A DNA stretch of 64,000 nt, from the NCBI RefSeq assembly GCF_016433145.1, contig NC_058131.1, positions 340,511,052-340,575,051 of the forward strand, given 5' to 3'. Within the stretch, counting starts at the first letter, position 1, and every line of letters begins with the position of its first letter. The notes beneath the pieces are model-generated. The model was not told where the DNA came from. It saw only the letters and a program-made list of their open reading frames with translations, and searched no databases. This DNA comes from Gracilinanus agilis. Its lineage: Eukaryota. Shown piece after piece: positions 1-12,289 of the stretch. The translations under genes and the position numbers were made by a program.

Positions 1-427
1 CAGAGCCAGAAGAACATTGTACACAGAGACTGATATACTGTGGTAAAATTGAATGTAATGGACCTCTGTACCAGCAGCAATGCAATGACACAGGACAATT
101 CTGAGGGATTTATGGTAAAGAACGCTGCCCACATTCAGAGGAAGGACTGCAGGAGAGGAAACATATAAGAAAAACAACTGCTTGAACGCATGGGTCGGGG
201 TGGACATGATTGAGGGTGTGGACTCGAAACTACCACACCAATGCAACTACCAACAATTTGGAAATAGGTCTTGATCAAGGACACATGACAAAACGAGTGG
301 AAATGTGCATTGACCATGGGTGGGGGGAGTGCGGGGGGCGAAGGGGAAAGTAGGAGCATGAATCATGTAACCATGTTAAAAATGAATATTAATAAATGTT
401 TTAAAAAAATTAAAAAAAAAAGAAAAA
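1..427 (+). mobile_element. L1 LINE 3' end (3'UTR + poly-A), marsupial L1_Mdo-like; continues off the left edge
   Basis: G-rich tract (gggtggggggagtgcggggggcgaagggg), aataaa and an A-rich tail at ~405-427. The same 3' terminus appears reverse-complemented at ~9100-9236. Confidence 0.9.
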
Positions 428-619
428 TTTCTCTGTACTACATGGAACTTTTATAATAATTGACTACATACTGAGGGCATAGGGATATTGCTATCAAATG
501 TGAAAAGGCAGAAATAATTAATACTTCCTTTAAAGATCATAACACAATAACAACAATTGGATTCAAGAACCACAAGCAAAAGATTTGTAAACTTAAAAAT
601 GAAAATTTTTAGTAATTAA

Positions 620-1740
620 CTGATCAAGGAACTAATCATAAGCACAATTAGTATCTATAGGAAACAAAATGATAATGATGAAAAACACCCCAAAATTTCT
701 AGAACAAAGCTAAAGCAGTACGGGGGGGGGGAATCACACATCCCCACATATATACATTAACAAAATTAAAAAAAAAAATTAAACTATATATAAGAATAAA
801 ATTTATATAAAATTATAAAGGCAGCAAGTAAACAAGCACAAAATAACCATAAAAAGGAAATATAAAAATTAGAAAGAAAATAGATAAACTGGAAACAAAA
901 ATAGAAATAATAAACTAAAAACTTTTTAAAAGACTAATAAAATTGATTAACACTTAAATAATCTAATTAAAAAGAAGAGGACAGGAACCCAGGTAGATAT
1001 ATTAAATAACTTGATCTCAAAGAATGAAATAGATCTTGCTATAAAGAAACTACCAAAGGAAAACACAAACGATGTCCCCTGTCCCAAGCAAGCATTCCTG
1101 TTCCTTATGGATTCCCATGAGAATTAAGTAAAATTTTTAATGAAAAGTTAGCATTCATACTTCATTTATTATTTTTAAAATGAGGAATAAATCACTATAA
1201 TCCTTTTATAAGACAAATATGGTCCGAGGATCTAAAACAAGGCAATATAAGAACACAGAAGGAAAACTAGAGGCCAATATTATTAATAAACATTAATTCA
1301 AAAAATTTAAACAAAATCTTGTCAAACAGACAATGGTAAATTTATTCAAAAAGTCATTCATCATGATCAATTGAGATTTATACTAAGGATTCAAGGATGT
1401 TTCAACATTAGGAAAACAAGCAACATAATTAGGCATTAGTGAAAGCCAAAGAATCCAAAACCATATGGTCATCTCAATAGAGGCAGAAAAGGCATTGAAC
1501 AAATATGGCACACTTTTATGCTAAAAACTACAAAGTACAGGCATAAAAGAACCTTTTTTAATTTTGGAGAAAACATCTATCTAAAACCAAAGGCAAGCAT
1601 CATATCCAATGCAGATACACTAGGATTTTTTTTATAAATACAGGAGTGAATCAAAGAGGACCACTCACTCCACTATTGTTTGACATAATTCTAGAAATAC
1701 TAGCAATAGGAATAACACAGGAGATAGAAATTAAAGGCAA
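620..1740 (+). mobile_element. Degraded L1 ORF2 fragment (reverse transcriptase region)
   Basis: A-rich strand with recognisable but frameshifted ORF2 motif remnants: QG.FNIRK (~1390-1415), HMVISIEAEKA (~1462-1495), PLTPLLFDIILEILA (~1660-1705). Confidence 0.8.
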
Positions 1741-1869
1741 ATTGTGATATGTGAAGGTAATGGATTATTACTGTGCTATAGGAAATGAAGTGTGATGAAT
1801 TCAGAGAAGCATGGGAAGGTCTAAATGAAATGAGAAAGAGTAAAGAAAGCCGACCTAAGAAAATAATAT

Positions 1870-2215
1870 ATACAAGTAGCTACAATAATATATATGGAAA
1901 AAACAGCTGCAACCAGCCCCCACCAAAAGTTACTCTAATAAAATTATAAAGATCAAGTAGGAGACAAATGGAAAGATATGAGAGGATACCCCTAATCCTC
2001 TGTCTTCAGGGAGGTAGAAGGACCACTGGTGCTATACATTACAAATATTTTCAGACTTTTTAAATGTATTAATCAGTTGTACTGATTTTCCCCTCTCTTA
2101 AAAAATACAATTTGTTATATTGGCTGTCTCTTGGGAAGGTGGAGGGGGAGAGATATTGGGGATAACTGTGATGATGTAAGAAACATAAGACATCAATAAA
2201 ATCTTATTTTTAAAG
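1870..2215 (+). mobile_element. Additional old L1 fragments (distal ORF2 / 3'UTR)
   Basis: L1-like A-rich sequence (tataaagatcaagtaggagacaaatggaaagata) and a 3'UTR-like end with an aataaa-like signal. Confidence 0.5.
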
Positions 2216-2399
2216 GAAAGTCCAAAGAATAAGGAGCAAAATTGTGTTCAGAAATGTGCCCTACTGGCCTGGGAATTTCCTCAAATGGAAGTTCTGGGAA
2301 AGAACTCACCATTTGAAGGAAGGGGCCTACAAGGGTGGAAACATTTCCAGCACAAGAAAGCTAATGTCCTATACATCAAGAAAACATTTTAGCAAATTG

Positions 2400-3030
2400 A
2401 TAGGATCTGCAATGCATCAGACATCCATTACACTGGCCTAAGGGATGGCCTGTGCAAGGGCACAGGCAATGAAGTGCCCTGTGTGAGGAACAAAAAGGTT
2501 AGTCTGGCTGGTTCACAAAATGTGGAAGGAGGAGTAGTGTATGTAGCAGCTGGAAACATAGGTTGGGGCCAGGTTATGAAGGGTTTTGTAAGCTAAACAG
2601 AAGAATATATATTGACCAAAACCTTCATCAGGTGTTTGCTGGTAAATGTTTGAAGACAGTAGGGAAAGACCTAATTTATAGGGAAAAGTTGAAGATTTGA
2701 AAAATGGGATGATTGAAATGCAATCTTCCTAAGAAGATAGTGCATAAAGGATCAAGTGTACATGTTGAAGGGTAAACTTTGGCAAGAAGAGATACCTCTT
2801 TGTTAGAGACTGGAGGAAAGGAAGGAAGAATAGGACAACTACACACATATCTTACATTTATATTTAATTATCTGTGAATATCTTGTATTTCCCTAGGAGA
2901 AGACCAACTCTTTAAAGGCAGTTTCTGTCTCACTTTTTTTTAACTACCTCACTTTTGCATTTGTTTCCCCAAAGTCTAACATCGTCTGGCACATAGCCAT
3001 CACTTTATCAACATTTGTTGATTGATTGAC
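2400..3030 (-). mobile_element. L2 LINE fragments
   Basis: Antisense L2-like motifs (gccagtgtgcaaaggc-like, ggggccaggttatgaagggtttt) and an L2 3'-end-like gtctaacatcgtctggcacatag...caacatttgttgattga. Confidence 0.55.
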
Positions 3031-3229
3031 TAATCATAGCGTCCTGGAAGTTGAAGTAAACATTCCCAAACTTATTTGCCTGTTTTGTTTTCCTCAAGCT
3101 CCTTGGATTGCTGCCTTATTTGTTAGTATGAAAACTTTATAGCAGGTGGGAAACATCTTCCTAGGTGTCCTTCTGTCAATATGATATTTAGAATCATGCA
3201 ATTCAGCCTATGTTTTGAAAGGCAACCTG

Positions 3230-3425
3230 CTACAATATATAGGTCATAGGGCTTGGAGCCGGAAGGACCTGGATGAAATTTTGCTGTAGGAATTTAGGAG
3301 TTCTATGACTTTGTACAAGAAATTAATCACTTTATGTCTCAGTTTCCTCCTTTATAAAATTAATGGTTAAATTCTCATTGGATTCTCAAGGTCCCTTACA
3401 GCTTACAGCTCTAACTATATGGTCT
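3230..3425 (+). mobile_element. MIR/CORE-SINE fragment
   Basis: CORE motif tctcagtttcctcctttataaaat and MIR3-like 3' end. Confidence 0.6.
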
Positions 3426-4049
3426 TAGATTCCACCATTTCAGGCTCTACATAGGCATCATGACTGTCTGTGACGATCTACAAAAACAACACTTGAAATT
3501 ATTTTTATGAGATGATAGATTTGGAACTTAGAAATGATAGGATCAGACAGTTTTAGATTTGGAAATGGGAGGGATTTCAAAAGTTTTCTAGTTCAGCTCC
3601 TATCATTTTACAGCTGTGGAAACTGAGAAATGACTTGGACTGTCTAAATGAGTGTCTGAAAGTAGATCATGGTCAAGGAATGGTAGTGGTGGTAGTGTGG
3701 CAGTTTGACCTGCCTGGAACATTCTGTCTTCTGCCTCTTTTTGTTGTTGTCATACTAACTCAGCTAAAGGTGCCCACCCTATAAGAGATAGTTGGTGGGC
3801 ATAGCCAGCCCCTTTCTATTGGATATGATTCCTCATGTGATAGATATGAGAGCTAGTCTGGAAGCAAGACAGGGGGTCTTAGAGATGCTGACACTTCTAA
3901 GGCTCTATCCATAATTTTTTCCCCTCAGTATTTTACTCTTGCCTTCCAGGGCTTTTTCTCTTTAGGTAAGAGAGGTTACCTCCCAGTGAGACAGCAAAAG
4001 CCAAGCTTAACTATTTACATTCTGGTAAAGCCCTATCCTAGTTATTTTT

Positions 4050-4290
4050 TTATTTAAATGTGCAGTGAATATAATAATAGTTTCCTTTTACACTCTTTTA
4101 AAGTTCACAAATGTTATACATATTTCATCCCATTTGATTATTTTCATAGTGAGTGCTATTATTATCCCTGTTTTATAGACAATGAAGTTGAGACTCAGGG
4201 AGGCTATGTGATTTGTGATTTGACTAATGCCACACACTTTGAAAGTGTCAGAGGGGGAATCAGAATCTAGATCTTCCCTGATGCCTTTTG
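4050..4290 (-). mobile_element. MIR/CORE-SINE
   Basis: attattatccctgttttatagacaatgaagttgagactcag is the reverse-strand CORE motif. Confidence 0.65.
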
Positions 4291-4745
4291 CTTTGAAAAC
4301 AAAACAGAACATTAGCCAAGGAGCAAGAAATGTGGCAGAGAATTGGGGCAAAGAGGATAGGCTGTTGAAGAACCACATTTAATTTTCTTCCAGTCCTGAA
4401 TGCCATGCTACTGACTTTCCCTGCTTATCCCTGCCTCACCACTTACATTAATACAGCACAGTCTTTGGCTTCCTTGAGGCTTTGGCATGGACAGTAGTAG
4501 CAAAGCATGGTCTATCAATAATTCATCTAGCCTAGACAAGTGCTTGTCTTACTATGGATCCTAATGTTTTTCTAACACTTCACAGTTTACAAACATGTAA
4601 AGGTACAGTTTTATAAGGTACAAACCTGTACGATATGTTATACACTTATTATAACAATTTTGCAGAAACATACAATGAGCACATAGATTTACATCTCTGA
4701 GCTTTACAAAGAAATAAGCAGCAGAGAAAGAAGTATAGCCCAGGT

Positions 4746-5382
4746 CTTCTCACTTTGGGTGCAAAATGAATTTTCAAGATGAAGTATCATCCCTCAAGTC
4801 TTTCTTATGGAAGAATGGCCAATTCCTACAGGTTGCTATGACTCCCCCAAATCAAAGACAAAAGTGATTTTTTTATCTTCTTCTTACCTCTTTCTTAAAA
4901 AACCACCTGAGTCTGGATATATTTTTGAGATATTTAGTCAATATTGAATAGGTCTTCAAGTATAATATTCCCCCTTCACCATGAAGGTTGCTTCTGGATT
5001 TTGGCTTAAGGGACCTGAAGGAATGGGCCTCAAAGAGAGAGGATAATTACAGTAGCAAAGACATAAGAAGACAGGTTCTGGTTTTATACACTAAATGCTG
5101 AGGTTCACTGGAGAATTGAAGCGAAGGAAAATCCAACTGGGAGAGAACCAGACAAGCCTGGTGCAAATTGTTTCACACACAGTCATTTAGCACCTTCTCA
5201 CTCTGGGTGCAAAATGAATTTTCAAGATGAAGTATCATCACTCAAGTCTTCCTTATGGAAAAATGCCCAATTCCTACAGGTTGCTATGGCTCCCCCAAAT
5301 CAAAGACAAAGTGATTTTTTCACCTTCTTCTTACCCCTTTCTTATAAAACCACCTGAGCCTGGACATATTTTTGAGATATTT
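4746..5382 (+). repeat. Direct repeat pair (4746-4935 and 5194-5382, ~190 bp, ~93% identical) around a 258-bp unique spacer
   Basis: Manual alignment gives ~13 differences in 190 bp, e.g. gggtgcaaaatgaattttcaagatgaagtatcat occurs in both copies. Confidence 0.95.
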
Positions 5383-6490
5383 TTTCAACAATCATTTGGC
5401 ATCTTTGAATTTCTGCTTTAGGAATTCAAACAGGAAGTTTGATTTTTGTCCTTCATCTTATTGATTTAAGCAAAGGAACATAAATAGGGATGGCTTTTTG
5501 TTAGTTCATTAGTAAGATGTTGCTAGGACAATTAATTCTTTCAGGGCAGACCCATGTCATATGTTCTTTACCTCTGATCAGTTTGACTCACCTTGTTTGG
5601 AGAAATCTTTTTTAGCTCTGTCTACAACAAAGGACATTCTCCAATCTTTACTTGCATTTATACTGACTATATCTTTTACCATTTTGGGTAAAGGATTCTA
5701 CATTTTAAAAAGGAATGATAGTGTGGACAAAAGGAAGGTGACCAATATAGAAAAAAGGACTAAGGTAGCATGCTAAGTGAGGAGCAGAAAAAGGAACTGG
5801 CCAAGTTTTATATGAAGAAAAGATAAGATGAAATGGGGAGAAGGGATAAGGAGATGGTCTCTGTTATCAAGGTCATGACTTTCAGGTAGAATAACCCCAC
5901 TTCCATTCAACAAACATCAAATGTTTCCTATGAGCAAAAAGACAATGTGGTGTATTGAATAGACAATTGCCCTCAGATTCCTAAATACATGGACTTAAAT
6001 TCCTAATCTGACATATATTATATGTGGAACCTTGGGTAAGTCAACCTAAAACCCTGAGTTCCAAGGCAACTCATTAAGAATCTAATTTGAAGAGAAACAT
6101 TGCCAAGGGTAGGCAAAAGCCCTCATCTAGAACCCCCTGTAGAGATGAAATAACAGATTCGTCCTCTTGCCAGAAATGTTCACTCCAAGCACTATACTGG
6201 ATACTAGGAATAGAGAAGGGCAAAGATGCCATCAGGGAGTTTACATTTCACTGAGGAGATACAACATATACACCAATAAATACAAAGTCATTTTAGAAGG
6301 CGGGGCAATGGCACTAACAACTGGGCAGGGATATAGAGAGGCATGAAAGAGAAGTTGGAACATGAGCTAACTTTTGAAGAAAGTTAATGATTCTCAGAAA
6401 AAAAATGTTCTTAATCTGGAGTCCATGTACTTGTTTGTCTTTTTTCTTTAATATTATGATAACTCTATTCCAACATATTTGATTTTAATT

Positions 6491-6745
6491 GTTGTTATTG
6501 TTTAGTTGATTAGTCATAACTGAAACTTTGTAACCCTATTTGGGGTTTTCTTGGCAAAGATGTTGAAGTATTTGCTATTTCCTTTTCCATTTTCCTTTTC
6601 CTTTTTAAAGATGAGCAAACTGAGGTAAAACAGGATTAAGTAACTTGCCCAGAATCACATAACTAATAAGTGCCTGACACTAGATTTGAACTTGGGTCTT
6701 CTTCACTCTAGGGTCAGTGCTCTAACCACTGAGTGCCTAGCTGGC
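6491..6745 (-). mobile_element. MAR1-like marsupial CORE-SINE nested in a MER5-like hAT relic (~6405-6840)
   Basis: ttttcttggcaaagat..., gatgagcaaactgagg, gatttgaactt. The flanking halves resemble the MER5-like element seen at 12150, 22400, 23760, 33640 and 47340. Confidence 0.7.
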
Positions 6746-6879
6746 CCTTGATTTCCTTTGCAATCATATATATTTTATTTTATGTATTTAAAAACATTAT
6801 TATGAGAAAATATCCTTAGGCTTTACCAGGCTACTAGTCCATCATTTGATAAATATTTATTAAATGCCTACAATATGGT

Positions 6880-7135
6880 ATAGGGAAACTAGGTGGTTCA
6901 ATGGACAGAATACCAAGCTTGAAGTCAGGAAGACTTATCTTCCTGAATTTAAATCTGACTTTAGATACATTCTAGATGCATGAGCCTGGGCAAGTCACTT
7001 AATCCCATTTGCCTCAATTTCTTCATCTGTAAAATGAGTTGGAGAAGGAAATGGCAAACCAGTCCAGTATTTTTGCTAAGAAAACCCCAAATGGGATCAG
7101 AAAGAGTTTGATATGACTAAAAAATGACTGAACAT
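6880..7135 (+). mobile_element. MAR1-like SINE
   Basis: Head gggaaactaggtggttcaatggacag, CORE (cctcaatttcttcatctgtaaaatgag) and tail ggagaaggaaatggcaaacc...ttttgctaagaaaacccc. Confidence 0.85.
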
Positions 7136-7419
7136 ATGGGATATATAGTACTAATCACTGGGAATGAAAAGGGGACCATGACACCACAAAAGCACATCTC
7201 TGATCTAAGAGGTCCTGATGAGGAGAGAACATTTTCTGGGGGAAGGTGTACATAAAACATGCCTTTGCATATCGTGAGGGCAACATTCCTACAGTCCTCG
7301 CTTCCCTATGCCTATATTGGCACATTCATCTTATACTTTATGCACCTCTATGATTCCAGGCACAGGGATCACCTGGGCAAAAGCTCTGAAATGGGAGGCA
7401 ATACAATGTTATATTCAGA

Positions 7420-8030
7420 GGATATCTAATAGACCGGTTTTATTAGAGGACAGTGTATCAAAGGGAGTAATAAGAAAGAATACTAGAAAATGAGGTGAGA
7501 GAGTCAGACTATGAGGGTTTTAATTATAGTTTAAAATATGGCATTTTGCCCTAGAGAGAGTAAGGTGTCATTAAATATTTCTGAGAAGGAAAGTGATATG
7601 ATTAGATCTTCATTATAGGAGTATATATGGCAACAATAGAGGATGAATTGAGGGAAGGAAAAATTGGAAACAGAGAGACTGGTTATAAAGTGATTGCAAT
7701 AATTTAGATGATAGAGGTAGGAGGGACAGACAGAGGTGAGATGTGAGAGGTGAGGAGGTTGAATCAACAAAAAACCTTGGCAACTGATTGAACATGAGAG
7801 GGGAGGTGAAGGGAGAGTGAAAAGTCAGGGATGACTCACCGTATGTAAGCCTCTTTGACTGGAAAGATGCTTGTGTCCTCAATAGATACAGACAGTTTGG
7901 AGGACAGGTGAGCTTGAGGGAAAATATAGTAACTTCCATTTCGGACATATTGAGTTTAAGACATCTATGGGGCACCCAGGTGAAGTCATCCAGCAGGATC
8001 TTGATGATATAGGACTTAGTTGCCTCTATG
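7420..8030 (-). mobile_element. L2 LINE fragment
   Basis: Typical antisense L2 text (ttcggacatattgagtttaagacatctatggggcacccaggtgaag). The minus-strand ORFs 7531-7975 are its remnants. Confidence 0.75.
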
Positions 8031-8823
8031 AAGTGTTCATCCAGGGCTCCCAGTTCTACCCTCTGAGGCCAAGCAGAATAAATCTAATCTCTCTTCCCTA
8101 TGACAAACAGTCTCTCCAATAAATTGTTGGCCTGTAAGAGCAAGTATGCAGGGTGTGGATGAGTCATAGAGAGCTAGAGATGAAACAGGGTTTGGGGAAA
8201 AGGTAGAAGGGGGATTATATTTGTTGTGCTTGGCCAGGGAGGGCAGAACCAGAGGCAAAGAGTAGGCTTTTCAAAAAAAAAGCAGATTTTTGGCTCCAAG
8301 TAAGGGACAGCTTCTTATTAAAACTGTGTAAATGTTGGGCAATCGGTATAGTGTCACCCTGTCTTTCTGTAGGTCTAAGGAAGACAGCATGAAAGACAAT
8401 TTAGGATACTGACCATTATGTTCATCACGTGATGTACATTTACAGTTTTTCACTAAAAAATACCAAAAGTAGCTCACATTTCAGTGGTGCTTTGGAAAAC
8501 ACATAGTTTACCTTCCAACAACCTTGTAAGGTAGATATTCAAGAATTATCACTTTTGTTTTACAAATCATAAAACTGAGATTTAGAGATATGATTTGACT
8601 TGCCAAAGGATACATAGATGGAAAATATGGCTCTTTCCTTCCACCTTTCCTCATTTAAAAAATGCGAAAAAAATAATAATGTCACCCAGGAGAAATAAAA
8701 TACTAGAAAATATACTCTTGGGGGGCTTAAGAGAAGGAAGTATGGGAAGGGAATGGACATTTGTAGAATAGCTAATATATGCCATGAACTATTTTAAGCA
8801 TTTTCTACAAATATCTAATTTGA

Positions 8824-9090
8824 TGGGCAGCTAGGTGATACAGTGGATATCAGATCGGGCCTGGAGACAGGAAGACCTGAGTTCAAACCTAGCCACTAAC
8901 TAGCTGTGTGACCCTGATGAAGTTACTTCATCTTCCCCCCCTCCAATTTCCTCATCTGCCAAATAATAGTACCTATCTCCCAAGGCTGTTGAGGATCAAA
9001 CAAGAAAATATTTATGAAGCACAAAGCACAGTGCCTGGCACAAGGCAAGTTCTATATAAATGCTAGCTATTAATAATAATTATTATTTTT
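8824..9090 (+). mobile_element. MIR-type CORE-SINE
   Basis: tRNA-derived head (gggcagctaggtgatacagtggat), CORE and (tat)n tail. Confidence 0.75.
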
Positions 9091-9096
9091 AATAGT

Positions 9097-11576
9097 ATTT
9101 TATTTATTTATTTAAACATTTATTAATATTCATTTTTAACATAGTTATATGATTCTTGCTCCTACTTTCCCCTTCACCCCCCCTACTCCCCCCACCCATG
9201 GCTGATGCACATTTCCACTGGTTTTAACATGTGTCTTACACTATTTCCTTTTAAACCTGTGGTTTGCTTTAAGCTGGTAACCCTTAACCCCTCCCTTGAT
9301 TAACTTCCCTTTCTACCCCCTCCCTTATTATTCCCCTCTTTTTATTTTTAAAGGCCTAATGAATTCCCTTCCCCTTCTTCTCCCCTCCCTTTTATGACCT
9401 CCCCACTCCCCTGCTCCCCTTGTTTTATCCCTTCTGACTTTGTCAGTAGGGTTAGATAGAGTTTTATATCCCAATGGATAGTATAGCTACTCTCCCCTCT
9501 CAGGGTTAATTACACTGAGAGTAAGATTTAAATATTACCTCTTAATGCTCTCTTCCTCTCCTTCTTATAATAATAGTATTTGTCCCCTCCCCTTCCCATG
9601 CCCTCTTTGTGTGTAATAGAATATCCTATTTTTCTTATTCACTCAAGTTTCTATTGGTGTCCCCTACTATTCACCCCCTTCTTTCCCACCTCCCATATCA
9701 TCTTGGATCATTTAGTATTCCAACCTCTCCCTATCAATTATTCTTCTGATTAATATAATAGTGAATACTATAATAGTGAATAGAGTTCCCTACAGAGAAT
9801 TTTACATAGAATTTCTCCACATAGGAATATAGATAATTAGATCTTATTGAAGCCCTTAAAGAGGTAAATTTAAAAATTATGAGTTTTCTTTCTTTCCCCT
9901 CTGTTTCTTATTTACATTTTCATGTTTCTCTTGATCTTTGTGGTTGGATATGAAACTTTCCATTTAGTCCTGGTCTTTTCTGTGCAAATACTTGGAAATC
10001 TTCAATTTTGTTGAATGCCCATACTTTCCCCTGGAAGTATATAGTCAGTTTTGATGGTAGTTGATCCGTGGTTGAAGACCCAGTTCTCTTGCCTTTCTGA
10101 ATATCATATTCCAAGCCTTGAGGTCTTTTAGCATGTAGACTGCCAGATCTGTGTGATCCTGATTGGTGCTCCTTGATATCTGAATTGTCTCTTTCTGGCT
10201 TCTTGTAAAATTTTTTCTTTTACTTGGACGCTTTTGAATTTGGCTATTATATTCCTGGGGGTTGTCTTTTCTGGGTCTAGTGTAGAGGGTGATCTATGGA
10301 TCCTTTCAATGTTTATATTGCCCTCTTGTTGTAGAACTTCAGGGAAATTTTGCTGAATAATTTCTTTTAGTATGGTGTCCAAATTTCTATTAATTTCTGC
10401 TTTTTCAGGAAGACCAATGATTCTCAGATTGTCTCTTCTAGACTGGTTTTCTTGGTCTGTCACTTTCTCATTGAGATATTTCATGTTTCCTTCTATTTTA
10501 TCAGTCTTCTGACTTTGTTTTATTTGTTCCTGCTGTCTTGAGAGATCATTAGCTTCTAATTGCTCAATTCTAACCTTTAGGGACTGGTTTTCCTTTTCGA
10601 TCTGGTCATTTCTGGTGTTCAATTTGCTTATCAGTTCATTTGATTTCTGAGCCTCACTTTCCAATTGCAAAATTCTACCTTTTAAACTGTTATTTTATTG
10701 CCAGATCTCTTCCATCTTTCTCATCATCTCTGATTTGAACTCTTCAATAGCTTGTGACCAGTTTTCATTATTTTGGGAAGCTTTGGATATGATTACTTGT
10801 TTGTTCTCCTCTGCTGTTTGCTCTCTTGTCTGGATTTTCTCTGTGTAAAAGTTGTCGAGTGTTATAGATTTTTTTCTTGATGATCTTTCTCTTCTGGGGT
10901 TTCTGATTTTGGCTTGCCATTGTTGTTAGCCCAGTGCCTTCTGTGCTTTATCCTCCCTCTCAGGGTCTGTCTGCGCCCTCTAGGCTCCCGAGGTCTCAGG
11001 TCTCGTTGTTCTCGGGGTCAAGCCTCCTGGTGGTTCCCTCGGTCTGCCCCTCTGCCCGAGGCTCCTTCAACAGTCTCAGGGCAGTGCTTCCACAGCCATG
11101 CTCCTGACTGCACAGGGTTCCCACTAGAGGTCCAAGCCTGCGCTCAAGATCCTTGTCCATGCCTAAGTCAATGCCTTCACCCGCACCAGCTCTCAGGGTC
11201 TGTATTCAAAGTCAGTGTGCGTTCTTTAGCCTCTTGGGGTCCTAAGTCTTGCTGCTCTCAGGAACAGGCCCTGGAGCTGCCAATGACTTAATGGGTGCCC
11301 CAAACCTGCTTTAACTCTTGTGTGCTGGCCTTGGCACTGTACGTGGTGTGGGGGGTGGGGGAGGGGCTTCCTCAGCTCATGTTTTAGTGAGAGCTCTTTC
11401 ACCCCTTTATTGTGTGGAAATGCCCTGATTCCACGTACCTTCAATGCTGCACACTGTTGTGGGGTCCCTTCGTTCATCTGGATTTGTTTTTATGTCCCCT
11501 TGAGGAGTCCTATATGCTTCGGTTAGGAGAGATTAAGCATTGCTTTTTACTCTGCCACCATCTTAACCCGGAACTC
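9097..11576 (-). mobile_element. L1 with 5'UTR, ORF1, inter-ORF spacer and 3' tail but no ORF2 (half-L1/HAL1-like architecture)
   Basis: 5' terminus gagttccgggttaagatggtggc at 11576; ORF1 ATG at 10920; ORF1 motifs (RRDNLRIIGLPE, IERIHR, PRNIIAKF, FRYQGAPIRIT). The purine-rich spacer is joined at ~9236 directly to a 3' end matching 280-420. Possible TSD aatagt (9091-9096 / 11577-11582). Confidence 0.85.
9870..10920 (-). pseudogene. Decayed L1 ORF1p (coiled coil-RRM-CTD), frameshifted
   Basis: ORF-track pieces 10128-10670 and 9920-10114 carry ORF1p motifs in different frames. The N-terminus MASQNQKPQKRKII starts at 10920. Confidence 0.85.
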
Positions 11577-12289
11577 AATAGTCAGCTATTAAGTATTATT
11601 ATTGATCCTCACAACACCCATGGTAGGGATAGGTACTATTTTTATCCTCATTTTACAGATGAAAAAATTTAGATTCAAAGACTTTAATTGAATTGGTCAA
11701 GGCCACATAGACTGCATAGGTATGCATACATCAAAAGTTGGGTGTCCTAGCATGTCCTGGAGTAACATTCCTGTTGGTCCTCCCATTGGTAAGAAGCTAT
11801 CTGTATACAAACCTAAGACAGGTAATAGATAGCAGAACTGACCTGAAGTATCTTGCCTTAATCCACTACACTTTCCCCTGTACTGAGGATAGTACTTAAT
11901 AAGAAAAAGGTGTCCACAAATTATTTTTTTCTAGTGAAAAGCACATGAACAGTGAGCTTTCTGAAGCTGAGCCTCTTCAGTAAGACCCAAGCCCAATGGG
12001 TAGCTTGAAATTGCCTAATGAGGTTGGTCTTTATCATATCCATCTCCTCTACATTATCACCTTTTCTCTTGCAAATTCGTTTTCACCATGAGACCCCAAT
12101 CCCATAGGATCAAAGGATTTAGCAGGGGAAGGATATTAGAAATCATCTAGTCTAGGGAACCTTAACTTTCTTTGTGTCTTGGATGCTTTTGGGAAGTCTA
12201 TGGGATCATTCTCAGAATAATGTATTTTAAATGCATAAAATAAAAAACACAGAGCACAAGGGCCACCAGTTGTATTGAAATACATCAAT

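Noticed and set aside
3771-3801. Small hairpin tgcccacc...ggtgggca
   Set aside because: An 8+4 bp stem is within chance expectation; no RNA-gene context.
4746-5382. Interpretation as a TRIM/mini LTR retrotransposon
   Set aside because: No TG..CA ends, PBS, polypurine tract or flanking TSD seen; retained only as an unexplained duplication.
10914-11291. 125-aa antisense ORF in the L1 5'UTR (ORF0-like idea)
   Set aside because: Starts at TTG with no useful in-frame ATG; GC-rich UTR sequence is naturally stop-poor; no recognisable product.
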